A stretch of DNA of 64,000 bases from assembly GCF_009914755.1 (NCBI RefSeq), contig NC_060930.1; one strand, given 5' to 3'. A program made the translations under genes and the position numbers. The notes beneath the pieces were generated by a model. It searched no databases, had not been told where the DNA came from, and saw nothing but the letters and a program-made list of their open reading frames with translations. Positions 16,371 through 30,196 of this stretch are shown here, one piece after another; position 1 is the first letter of the stretch; every line of letters begins with the position of its first letter. This stretch comes from the human T2T-CHM13v2.0 reference genome, Homo sapiens.

Positions 16371-16686
16371 TATATATATATATATATATATATATATGCA
16401 GACAGAGAGATGGAGTCTCGCTCTGTCACCAAGGCTGAAGTGCAGTGTCACCATCTCGGCTCACTGCAACATCTGCCTCCTGGGTTCAAGTGATTCTCCT
16501 GCCTCAGCCATCTGAGTAGCTGGGATTACAGGTGCCTGCCACCATGCCCGGCTAATTTTTGTATTTTTAGTAGAGACAGGGTTTCACCATGTTGGTCAGG
16601 TTGGTCTCGAACTCCTGACCTCATGATCTGCCTGCCTCGGCCTCCCAAAGGGCTGGGATTACAAGTGTGAGCCACCACGCCCGCCC
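16371..16686 (-). mobile_element. AluS whose tail has become a (TA)n microsatellite
   Basis: (TA)n at 16371-16397 followed by a full reverse Alu. Confidence 0.92.
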
Positions 16687-16910
16687 TAAAGTATATTTTT
16701 AAATGCACAGAATGAATAAAGAAAATTCACTGTCTCCTCATTACGCTTTTTTTTGGTTTGAGCTCCTTCTCATTTCTCTTCTGCTGTCTACCAGTAGTTA
16801 GGGTTACATGACTTTGTTTTCAATGGCTTCATAATTTCCCATAATATAAGTCTACTGCAACTTATTTAACCTGTTTTATCCTACTGATTGACTATTCGAT
16901 GGATTATTTC

Positions 16911-17226
16911 CAGTACTGCCATCCGTTTGTATGTGTGGGGAATTTGCTCCAGGGCCCCTGTGGATACCAATATCCTCAGTTGATCAAGTCTCTAATATAA
17001 AATTGTGTAGTATTTGCATATAACCTGCACACATCCTTCTGTGTGCTTTAAATCATCTCTAGATTACTTATAGTACCTAACACAATGCAAATGCTATATA
17101 AGTCACTGTTATACTATATTGGTTTTTATTTGTATTGTTTTTATTGTTGTATTTTTTTTAATATTGTGCATCTGAGGTTGGTTGAATCCACAGATGCAGA
17201 ACCCACATACATGAAGGACCAACTGT
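16911..17226. mobile_element. MER2 (TcMar-Tigger)
   Basis: gtagtatttgcatataacct...ctttaaatcatctctagattactta...ggttggttgaatccacagatgcagaaccc...caactgta. Confidence 0.88.
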
Positions 17227-17229
17227 ATT

Positions 17230-17690
17230 TGGCTACTACAGACAACATTACATAACATTTTCTTGATTATTCTTAAACATACAATTTTATATATAGGTAC
17301 AAATATATTCATAATTTTCTAGATGTGGAGTTGTTAGGTGAAAGCACATGAGATTGTAATTTTGATTTGATTGAAAGGGCTACTACTAAAATGCCTTTGA
17401 GATAGAATGCAGCAATTTATACCTAGCAATAATGCAGAAGAGTTCCTATTTCTCCATTCCTTTATACTTGGCATATTAGCAAACTTTTTGCTATTTGTTA
17501 GTGTGTCATGTGAAAATACGACATTTTGTCAGATATCTAGTTAGCCTCCGTTTCATTAAACATGAAGTTGAGCACATTTTGCTTTCTTTTCTATTGATTT
17601 TGGGGAGCTTTGATTATATTTAAAAAACTGGCCCCTAGCTTTTAAATACATTTTAATTTTTTCTACTTTGAGATTGGTATTTTGACTTAA
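17230..17690 (-). mobile_element. Old L1 (L1ME-like) fragment
   Basis: gcaatttatacctagcaataatgcagaagagttcctatttctcca...gaagttgagcacatttt. Confidence 0.6.
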
Positions 17691-17701
17691 AAAAAAATGT
17701 T

Positions 17702-18363
<662 letters not shown>

Positions 18364-18534
18364 TCCTTTCCCATTCTTAATGAGAAGTCCTTGGAGATGT
18401 TTTGATTTGATCAAGAACTGTAGGTCACAGTTGAAGTTTCATATCTAAATCCACAGAAATCAATATTCTTTCTGGAGTTTTAGTAACTCTTCCTTTAATC
18501 TCCAATTGAATAATAAAAATACAGTTAGGTATCT

Positions 18535-18650
18535 GAATTAACGTATTTAACAAGGTTTTATTGAGCAACTACTATGTATCAGGCTTCTTTTGAGGCACTT
18601 GGGATACAGAAATGAATAAAATAGACCAAGATTCCTATCCTCATGAAATC
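18535..18650 (-). mobile_element. L2 3' end
   Basis: ttttattgagcaactactatgtatcaggc...ggcacttgggatacagaaatgaataa. Confidence 0.75.
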
Positions 18651-21295
18651 AGGAAATAAGAGTACTGATAAACATTTCCATTTATTAATGAGAACTACAA
18701 AGATCACTTCTATGAAGTCAAATACAATTACATTTTCAAGTAATTCAAAAAAGAATTACTTCTCTTCTCAGAAGGGAATCTTTCACTTTCCTAAAATTTT
18801 AAATTTCCCAAAGATTTCTTTAGTGGTCATGTCTGTGATGAATCCTAAAGAGTGCCCACAGATTTAAAGTATGTAACATACAACATATATTGGAAAAGTG
18901 GGTCTTTTCAGATCCTTCCTAACTCAAAATTTTGAGAACTGCATAATACAATGGAAATATGTATTGCTGTCTTTAAAACCTTAAAGTGACTTGCATATAA
19001 AATAGAAATAGATCTGTGGCACTACACTCAGCACAGTGCTAGACACATAGAGCTACACTATCTATATAAAGAGATCACTCAGGGGAGCACAGGAAATAAA
19101 GCCATATATCCCATTCGATCTTAAGACAGAATTCTTTCATCAAGTGACCAACCTCTCCAGAGAAAAGCTTCTTACAGCCCTATTTAGACCCTGGTGTGGA
19201 TTTGCAAATTAAATGAAAAGACCATTAGGAAACATTTCTGTTTAAAGTGCTAAATGGGCTGCAACTTTCAAAACTAACCAGGCTGCCAAATTGTGATTTA
19301 AAGTGAAATTGGCATGAGCAGACATTTCCACATCAGCCTGTAGCACATCTGGTCCAGACCAAACAAACAGAAGATTTATTCTGTCAGGGAGATCATTTAG
19401 CATTCCTTTTCATGCTTCAGAAGGAGCCTGTACCTGTCACTCACCAAAGCAGTCGGCTTTTGGTGGCTAGGCTCTGTTGCTCTCCCTGACTAGCCTTGAT
19501 CTAATACTTCTAAGGAGGCTCATGTGCACCGCTCCACCTGGGAGCCCAGTACCCATGCCAAGTTCATTTCCATAGTCTTATAGAAACCTCCTGGAGGATT
19601 TCAAACATCTGCTCATAAGTAAAGAAACATTGTCTTGAGCTCTAACAGTAATATAAAGGGCAACTGAACCTTCTTTTGCAAATAAAGTAGAGCTGATAAA
19701 TGATCTTATTTCATAAGACTGGATACAAGTATTTGTGTGTCTTTCTGAGTTCAAATGTTTAAAATATAGTCCATTAATCATGGGGAAAATCAGATGTATC
19801 CAAAATTTTGCCATTAAGTGATATATAGTAAGGATTGTGAAATAGGTTTAAAAGTCTGTCATTTTTCTGAAACTAAATAAATATATTTACAAAAACTATG
19901 CCATTATTCCTAAAATGAATAACATTCTCTCTCTCTCTCTTTCTCCCTCTCTCCCTTTAGCTACAGCTTCAGACACAGCCAAGTATAATGCTCTTGCTTC
20001 ATGAAGCCAAACAGCCACTTTCTTCTCTGGAATGTTAATCTGCTCTTATTGGAGTTAGCAACCCCAGGAGGATCGCTTCCTGATTTGTCTTATCCAGAAA
20101 AAAAAAAAACAAAAAAACCTCCTCTTTCCCACCTCTGGAGTGCTGTGAATACTCAGAAGGGATAGACACATCACCACTGAGAATTCCCACATTTCCTTAT
20201 GCTGCTGCTCTAAGAGGATATGAAAGATTCTGTTTTAATCTAAACAAAAACTGAAAAGGGAAGAGGCAAATTTTTGTGTTGATGCACATTTTCTTTCTCA
20301 TATTTAGCTAAAATTTACCTCTAATTACTCCTTTAAGAAATAAATGAGTTAGGCATAATGTCTTCCAATGTCCCTCCAGTTGTATCACAATTATCATGAA
20401 TCATCATAGTGGTTCCTTTGTCCTTGAGGAATTTATTTAATTCATAGACACTATTACTTTGCTTTCATGCAAAGTATGTGAATCATGTAATTCATGTGAA
20501 TCAAGGTCTAGGAAAACAGAGGGAGTTTATCACATAAACATAGAAAAGTTATTTATCTTACTTAACTTATAAGAAATGCAAATTTTTTAATCTTGAGATT
20601 TCCAAGGCAGTTTTTAAAGTATGCATCAAAGAAGGCACACAGTTTATACAAATATTTTCATCCTCTTTGGTTTGTTATAGTACCAAGGTAGTACAAAGGG
20701 TGAATTACCTCTACACTTGTTTCATGTCTGTCCCTCCTACTGAGGCATTAATAGATGTGATACCATGAGTACTGCATTGTTAATACTCAGCTTCGTCTCT
20801 AGAGCTCAGAAAATGCTCTTCTCAAATTCATACAGAACATTCTTATATAGGTTATGCTCTACCTACTGCATTTGTAATGAAAAATATGTATCTACACCAA
20901 AATCCTGCTTCTTCAGAAGGAAACAACAAAATGAGCCTTCCATAACAACAAAAATTAATTGCAACCAATCTTGAAATATCTTGACATGAAATGTTGGAAA
21001 TTTCTTAGAATATCTGAACATTTTATTTGCTTGAAATATGTTTTTCAAGTAAAAGACATATGATGAAAAAAAGACATATGATGATATTTGTACCTAAATA
21101 ATTCACTTATGGATACATTTACTTGTATCCTTATTTGAAGATATAATATTAACATTGAAAATAGTATGCATGTATAATTTCACCATAAAAATTAGTGTAA
21201 TACCATATAGAGAAACAAAGATTTCATCCTTCCTTAGTGAATCTGAAGAACTTCAAAACCAAAAAGAACTCTTCTGATTTTTAAAAGTTATAGTC

Positions 21296-21507
21296 AGCCA
21301 GGCACTGTGGCTCATGCCTATAATCCTAGCACTTTGGGAGACCAAGGTGGGCAGATGGCCTGAGCTCAGGAGTTTGAGACCACCATGGACAACATAGTGA
21401 AACCCCGTCTCTACTAAAATACAAAAAATTAGCCGGGTATGGTGGCACGTGCCTGTAGTCTCAGTTACTCAAGAGGCTGAGGCACGAGAATTGCTTGAAC
21501 CTAGGAG
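21296..21507 (+). mobile_element. Alu lacking its 3' end and tail
   Basis: Intact Alu 5' end; homology stops at gcttgaacctaggag. Confidence 0.9.
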
Positions 21508-22814
21508 AGAATGATAGGAATTTGAAAGTTACTTTATTTTTCTAGTTTATATTCCTTTAAAGACTACATTCAGAATTAAAGACGAGAAGCTCAAAGCAGA
21601 CAGGAGGTGACTTTGTTTTAATAGCTCGATAGGTTGAAGAGATAAAAAAGTAAATCTACTTATAAAATATAGAGATTTAGTTTATGCAAAAATCATGTGC
21701 AGCTTATAAACTGTGTCTCAATGAGATCATGCAATGTCATTTGACTGTTAGGAATCTCTAATCAGAAATAATCATATAAATAGCCAAGAAACAAACAAAC
21801 AAACAAAAACAAGGAAAAGTAAACAGTCTTGCTCATCAAAATAATGGGTAATGTATATGGAAGGAAAAAACAGCAGAAACAAAATATGGTCAGAATATAT
21901 AAAAAGAAAGAATACTTCAGAACAATAAAATTTTATTGAACAGGTTCTCGAAATGGGGCACTTTGAAACTTTTAAGAACATCCTTGTAGATGTATTATTT
22001 CGGATTTGGTTTTCCAAATATTTAACACATTTCATATGCAATTAATTATCTATGAAGCTTTTTTATCAAAGTTTTCACTCTATTTAAATAATGTTATCAG
22101 AACTTTAAAAAATATTTAGTGTACTACAACTCAAGCATTGATTTGTGCTGTTCTCAATTTCCTAAAAATCTCAACTCATATACATCAAAATCATAATCAT
22201 TTCAAAGTGACTAAAAACATGGACATAATGATAAGGTTTCACAAATGACAGAAAGTTTTACTGTCTAACAAGACCACAGCAAGGTTTTTTAAGTGTATGG
22301 GAGTTGATTTAAGTCTCTGTAGATAGCCAGTTTGGATTGAGAAGGAAAACGTTCCATCAAAAACTCAGCACACAATCTTTTGAGAACATTCTGCTTATGA
22401 AGTCCTGTACTTGATACTTTAGCACATTCAAAAGTCTGAAGAGAGAAAAAAATACAAAAAAAATAAAATAAAATAAATAAATAACACAAAAGTCTGAAGA
22501 GATTGTAGAATAACAAGGCAATTACAAGTGCCTAAGCAAATGCTACTTATGCTAAATAGCATATGCCATAAGGCCAAAAACAAATTAAAATTTAATTAAA
22601 TGTAACAATATTAGTTTATTAATGCATAAAAATAAATATACTTGAAGACAAATTTTATTGAGTAGGAATTATCAGAATAGTCTAGTTTGAAACTTTGAAA
22701 AGCATCCTTTTAGATTTATTGTATTATTTTGGGTTTAGGTTTGTAAATTTCAACACATACCGTATGTATTTAATTACCTATTAATCTAACTACCCCATCC
22801 CCCAACCCCATCAA

Positions 22815-23284
22815 GCAATACTCAATTTTACCCTTGTGGTAATTCATGAACATGTGCATCGATTGTGGTCTGTTTAGTGTTGTGGTTTTTTGCATTTTTG
22901 TCATTTTTGTTACGGACATGACTGTTTAAAATGGCCCCCTACTGTAGTACTAAAGAGCTGTTTAGTGTTCCTAAGCACAAGAAAGCTAGCACCTCATGGA
23001 GATATATGTTAGATATGCTTCATTCAGGCATAAGTTATATACTACCGGTAGCCCTAAATTCTATGTTAATGAATCAACAAAATATTAAATATAGTGTTTT
23101 TAAGCAGAAATACAAATAAAACAAGGTTAGGTATTGATATGTTGATAAAAATGTAAAAAATGTGACCTGAGGCTCACAGGAACCTAATCCTGCATTTCTC
23201 CTAGGAGCAACGACTCCGTTTTAGCTACATCAGTGTTCACAATGACTTTAGAGAGCATAACCACTAATACTGAGAATTGACTGT
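22815..23284 (-). mobile_element. MER82-like (TcMar-Tigger)
   Basis: ctgtttaaaatggcccc...agtgttcctaagcacaagaaagct...aggctcacaggaacctaa...ctcctaggagcaa...gagaattgactg. Confidence 0.8.
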
Positions 23285-25009
23285 GTATCTATGTCTGTAT
23301 ATGTGTTTGTGTGTATACACAGGTTCTTTTTTAAAAAATAAAACAAAATCCAGAAGTTATCAAACTTGAAAACTACTTCAAATTCTACTATTTGGGAAAA
23401 TATTATAGGAGAAAAGCAGAAATAACATTGGATTTTAATTGTGCATAATATTTTTAGCCATTGAAATTTCCATAAGGAGTTTTAGCACATGCAGTTAATT
23501 TGCATGAGAGACAGCTGGAGCATATTGGCTCTTTCAAAGCCACTATGATTTATCAACTCAATAATGCATGAGCTTAGACAAAGTTATACAAGTGTCTGTA
23601 TTTTTAACAAGGTGATAGAGTAAGAAATTTGCTAAAGCAGCCATTCCAGACCCAGGTGACTAAAAGAAGGTTAGATCATTTATACAAACTGGAACACAAT
23701 TTTACAGTCCTGCTTTATTTTTGGCCTTGGGTTTTTTTTCCTGAAAATAATATTTTGTTTGGAAAAAGTGCCAAACTTAAAAACAGACAGTTTGGGACAC
23801 AGAAGTCATGTGTTCTTATAAGCTATTATTACAATATGGAGAGAGTCAAATTAAGATCTCTACTAAAGTTACCTCTGGAATTAGATTCAACTTGCAGAGG
23901 CAGCCTCTAAAAAAAACTAATTATTTTTCTCTGTTTATTCAATGAAATTGAATGGTCTTTATTTAATAAACTCCAAATGGCAAAAATGGTTCATAGGAAA
24001 TGTCTCTTTTTTAGATTCAAGTCTCTTTTATGGTCTTTGTCAGGATTTGAGGAGAATGAAGCTAGATACAATTAAGAAGTTATTGTGTAAGAAGAAAAAG
24101 AAACAAACTTTTTTCTACCTTTATCATAAGGTTGTCACAGGGGGTGCCCATGATATAATTCTCCTGACATCGTTGAAATTATTACTTGGTTTCTGTTTTT
24201 AAAAAAGAAGCTATTGTTATAGTAGACACATAGGTTACAAAAGCTCTATACATGGACTTTGAAGTCATGTAGCAACATAGAAAATATAAAGCAAATAGAA
24301 TTTAAAACATTGTAAATGAAAAGATACTGTTATGACTTAGTATTCAATGATTACTGGGATAAAAAGGAAAGAAATTATTTGAAGACTCAGTTTCTGTGCC
24401 TAGGTGACTAGAAGAATAACTGTATCTATTTTTAGAACAAATAGAAAAGTTTAAATTTAACCATTATAACTAATTTTGGGCATCCATTAGAACTCATTTT
24501 GGGCATTCACATCTACAGGTCATAAATTTCAATATCCAACATGCTAACTCTACAAGATATCAAATGTCTATCTTATTCAGACTTCTACCATGTCCCCGCT
24601 AATGAGATACAAGAAGAAGGATAATAAAGAATAAATTTCATGAGAATCATTTGCATCCAGTCATCTTCCTTGCCAGAATGTCTTGGACTGGTAGGTTGAA
24701 GCCAGGAATTGGCCGACAGCATCAAACAATAAGTTTGCTGATGTGAGGCCAAAAGTTCTAGTAAGCCTCCCACTGAAAAAGGCTACTGAAGTGTACAAAT
24801 AAATCAAGTATCAAGTTATAAACTTACTTTGTGTCAGTTAGCCCAATCTTACTTCAAATGCCAAGTCAAGTGAGGACAGGGGAACCAGAAACGGTATACT
24901 ACACAGTAACCAGAGGAGTAACTGGAAAAACACCTCCTCCTCAATAGTTAGGTTTGGAGAGGCATCCATACTGTCAGAGTTTAGAATTAAGGTATATTAC
25001 CTATAACCA

Positions 25010-25125
25010 TGTACAAATCCCTTATTTTATAGATGAGAAAACTGAGATTCAATGTTGTACATTTAATCAGTGCAGAGGTGAAAATAAGAACCAAGTCCTC
25101 AAACTCATACAGTCTCAAAATTGAA
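25010..25125 (-). mobile_element. MIR fragment
   Basis: attttatagatgagaaaactgagattca. Confidence 0.65.
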
Positions 25126-25153
25126 CAATCTCTTTAAGAGATCAACCACTCTT

Positions 25154-25662
<509 letters not shown>

Positions 25663-27599
25663 TATACCTTCTAGTCTAATATTTATTCCATTCTAACAAA
25701 TTGCCTCTCAGGAAAAAATGAACCCTGTCCTAATATGGCTAGTCACAAGAGTTAAAAAAAAAGATACAGTCTGAGAAATCATGACAGTATGGGCAGATAT
25801 AATGATGGCATAGCTAGAGCAATTCTTCATTCCACTCAAAAACCAAAGTGTTCTTCAGCCAATGCATGTCTTATGGCTACTCTATAACTAAGAGTTATTG
25901 ATCATCTGCTTCTCATCCCAGTGTGAAAACTTGGACTTAAAGTGAAGAGTGTTATCAGAATTTATCTGGAAGCAAACAAAGATGAGATCATTTAGCTGTC
26001 TTTTTTCCCCAGATATTGAAGTGGTATGATAAAAATTATACAGTGGCAGCATTGATTATCCAAAGTCTAGGTATGAAATTTAGCAAACAGAGATATATAC
26101 ACATAAAAAAGGTCATCACTAGATAATAGAGATGAGGAAGTCAATAGACGCACCAGAGCTCCATTGGAATAGAACACCTCAGTACATCTATTGTATATAA
26201 CTACTATGTACAAATTATTGTGTGTGATGTGAGTGAGTGGGGAGGATAATGAGAAAGACTTAGCCCTGCCCACAAGGGGCTTTCAGTAACTAACATTCAG
26301 AATCTAAATCTAATAAGATGCTGAATGTAATAGCATGTATATTATAGTATATTTGTGCAAGTATGTATGTAGTGTATGCATATTAAAGTGAGTAAATTTA
26401 AACAAGTTTCTCAAAATGAATATTGAAAGAGTTTTTAAGAAATACAACATCCTGAGAAAGAAACAACAGTGGCAGATCTGGCATTCTGTAAAGTAATCAT
26501 GATGAATTTTAAATGAAAATGTCATGTAGTACCAAAGGAGAATCAATACCTTTGAGTAACAGGCAAAAAAAATAGTTTACAAACTATTGTAAACTTCATA
26601 AAATTTTTTAATAATTCTATAACTTTTTATCTACTTTCCTATCTACATCATCAGAAATTTGATATTTGGTCAGGAGTATTTTAAACTATACCATTGTCTG
26701 CTTATATATCCCAAACTTTGCAAAGTAATCATCAAATCTAAATTACCGACCCTTATACTTTACTTTGAAATATGTCTATGGAATCACATAAAATACATAA
26801 AGAATTCAATTTTAAACTCTCTAAGAATCAATTAAATTTCTAATGATCTATTAGAGTGAAATAACATCAAAAAATATCACATCATATGCCCCCTCATTTA
26901 ATATAAGTGCACTATGAATCCAAAGGTGTCTCCTGGCATATATACATGAATCTCTTGATAGTACTATAGAGAAAGACATAATTTCTTCCTGAGGTTGGAA
27001 TCTGCCAAGGCCTTCTCTGTCTGTCATGTAGAAGAACTGTGATGCTGAATATATTTGCAAGAGCAAGAAAGCAATTCAGCAGATACAGAAAAAAAAAATT
27101 GCAAGCCAACTGTCAAAAGGAAAAATGTGTCTTACCCACCAGTCACAAAAGGACCTATCAGTGTAACAAAACAGTATCAACTATGAATGACAACAGTTTT
27201 AAATGTAAGATAAAATGGCACTTTGTACAAATGTACTACAAGGAATTCTCTGAGTGCTTAAAAAAAGATAAATTGAAAGGAAGGGTCTGTCTAGAAGGTA
27301 TTTGCTCATCCCAACAGAGAGCATGACGAAAACGTCAACATTCACCTTTGCAGAAATGAATCTCTAATATGCATGTCTACACTGTCCTTTTTCCAAGGCT
27401 AGTCCTGAATCTTTATAAGCCTTCTTGGATTTCCACTGGAATTTCTAGCCAGCATCAAGCAGAATACAGAAATATTTTTCATGCTGCTTACCTAAGTGCC
27501 ATGACTTTGATGCTGTTACTGATACCACAAGCACAGGTTAAGCCGAGTGACATTGACAGATGAATGATAACAAACATCTATCATGTATCGCTCTCTTTT

Positions 27600-28840
27600 C
27601 AAAGTTTCATTGGGCCCTGATCACTATGCAATAAAATCTAAATTTCTTAACATACCATTCATTTAAGGACTTTTCCAACAATCTAGCCAACATACTTTCT
27701 TCTATTTTTTATTTCCTGTCTCCCTATTATTCTACAGAAGACTTGTGCCCTGGTCAAAAAAAAATCTTCTCACTATCCAGAACACCCTTAAACTCCATGC
27801 TGACCTAGCTTATTTATGGCACATTCCCTTGCCTAGAATGTCCATCTTAACTCTTCAGTAAATACTGAGGCTTTCCTTTTTCAATAACAATAAATACTGC
27901 AGGTAAAACAAACAAAATAAAGATGAACAACATGTAATGGATTTAGCCATGAAAAGCTCATCAGTGGCCTTTACTAGACGCATTTCAGTGGCAATATTTA
28001 AATGGTAGAAATTGAGCAGGGAATGGAAGACTGGAAACCTAAGAGAGCAAGTATAGCTCAGGAACATAGTTATTAACAGAAGGGAGGAAAAGTGGGCACA
28101 AGCTAGCTAAGAACAAAGGTCAAGAAAGGATTCTTTGTTTTCTTTTTAACATTGAAAACCACTGAGCATATTTAAAGACTGATTCAAAAGAAGAGAGTGG
28201 AGATACAGGAATGAGTGTATAGATGGGCCAAACATCTGAGAAGATAAGATTGGACTGCAGCTAGAACATCGGTGAGGAAATCAGTCTCAAAACAACTATT
28301 TTTCACTATTTCACAACAAGAAGAAAAGATAGATTCAAGTAGCTATGAACTACTGGAAGTGTTTATAGTAAAATTAAGAAATTTCCCACTTGATTGCCTC
28401 CAATTTGTTGTTTTTGTTTTGCTTTATTTTGTTTTCAGTAATATTGACAGTAAGAAGAAGATAGAAGGGTAAGTAGTTTTTAAAAAGCAGAGAAGATTTC
28501 AAAATTTAGCTGTGGAGAATTGGTGGTGAGGCAGTGCTTGCAAGAACCTATAGAAAATATCTCAGGCTGTGTCAAGGGCCCAGCTGATGTTGAAGAACAT
28601 GGATGTATGTGTGGTGATTATTCTGTAGCAGTACTCAGAAAAATTGGAGCCCAGATGTAGAAGCTGGAAAGGCAATGAGTAGAATCCATCTAGGACTGGA
28701 TTTTGCTAACACAGAAAGATAATAAAGAAAAGAAGTTGAAAAAAATTGGAGAGAATGTTAAAAGCAGTAGATCCTAGGTAAATAATTGTAATAATAATAC
28801 AAGACTGCAGAGAGATAATAAAACAAAAAGAAAAGTTGAG
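27600..28840. mobile_element. L2 fragments (27600-27900 plus strand; ~27930-28840 minus strand)
   Basis: aataaaatctaaatttcttaacat, ttcccttgcctagaatg, atggatttagcca..tcagtggccttt are L2-like motifs; heavily decayed. Confidence 0.55.
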
Positions 28841-28842
28841 AC

Positions 28843-29159
28843 ATCAACATCATAATTGGAGACCATTATTCTAAGTGAAATAACTCAGGAATGAAAAACC
28901 TAACATTGTATTTTCTCACTCATAAGTGTGAACTAAGCTATGAGGATGCAAAGGCATAAGAAAAATACAATGGACTTTGGGAACTCAGGATAAAGTGTGA
29001 GAGAGGGTTGAGGAATAAAAGACTACACATTGGGTACAGTGTACACTGCTTACATGATGGGTGCACCAAAATCTCAGAAATCACCACGAAGAACTTATTC
29101 ATGTAACCAAATACCACCTGTTCCCCAAAAAACCTATTGAAATAAAAAATAAAACAAAA
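28843..29159 (+). mobile_element. L1PB1-like 3' end
   Basis: ctaagctatgaggatgcaaaggcataaga...gactacacattgggtacagtgtacactgct...accacctgttccccaaaaaacctattgaaataaaaa. Confidence 0.9.
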
Positions 29160-29280
29160 TGTAAGTATGATGAAACTAAAAAACTGAGGCAGCTGGAAAT
29201 AAATGACATGTGGTCAGAGAATTGGGAGTCTGCATTAAGGTTTCAGAAACAGAAGAGTTTCAAGTCCTCAGAAGTTCCAG

Positions 29281-29373
29281 TTACTGAATTATTATTGACA
29301 AACCCTATGCTGTTCCTCACTCTCTGTTCCTATTGTGTTTTAAATAGGAATCCAATATTTGATTATTCTTCAA
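29281..29373 (+). repeat. 93-bp perfect direct repeat, copy 1
   Basis: Identical base for base to 30104-30196. Confidence 0.97.
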
Positions 29374-30103
29374 CCTTTCTCCTGTACCATCTGAACCTCT
29401 CATGGAAGATAGAATAAGATAAATATTTACCACATTGTGTCCACTTTTATTTCTTAACCCAAAACTGGTGCCTCCATGGAAACCTGAGAGAAACCTCATT
29501 CTCTCACAATGCACGGACCTCAAAGTCAAGAGAGAAGATTGGTTACTGGTTCTCAGTCCTATGCTGAGACCATTAATTTTCTCCTAATTTTCAAAATATG
29601 CTCTCTGGAGACTTTTGTTATTTAGCTATAGTATCTCCCTTGTCTCCTCACTGTAGTCATCCTGCAGTCCGCTTTAACTCATAACTCCAATGCCTAATTT
29701 CTCCTATACTAAAATCTAAAATCCAGCCAACATCCCAAAAGTGTTTAGTATCTGTGTGGATGCTCTAACCTGCATGCTAGCATCTCAGTTACTCGAGCTT
29801 TCTATTTTCCAGAAAGACTAAATCTTGTTGCTCAAAAAATAATGGAGTTAATTAATCTTACTGTGGCTCAAGAGAACACTACCTGAATAGAGTCCTGATA
29901 GTGTCCCAAAAGAGGAGAGAAATTGAAGGGTCCTTGTAAAATTTGGGAGTTTGGGCCCAAGTAATTTAAGATGGATCTCTCAAGAGGCCATTAATTAGGA
30001 CTGGGCAAGGTTAGGATATAATAGTTTTGTATCAGTGACACAAGGAGGCAAGAGTCTTGAAGTAAGTCATGATGAGATCATTGTTGCCCTGATAAATATG
30101 TTA

Positions 30104-30196
30104 TTACTGAATTATTATTGACAAACCCTATGCTGTTCCTCACTCTCTGTTCCTATTGTGTTTTAAATAGGAATCCAATATTTGATTATTCTTCAA
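30104..30196 (+). repeat. 93-bp perfect direct repeat, copy 2
   Basis: Identical to 29281-29373. Confidence 0.97.

Noticed and set aside
22289-22516. 75-aa minus-strand ORF as a coding exon
   Set aside because: No recognisable homology; the N-terminal part is the translated poly-T tract
29061-29417. 118-aa ORF
   Set aside because: Runs across an L1PB 3' UTR, L2-like sequence and the duplicated segment; no recognisable protein features
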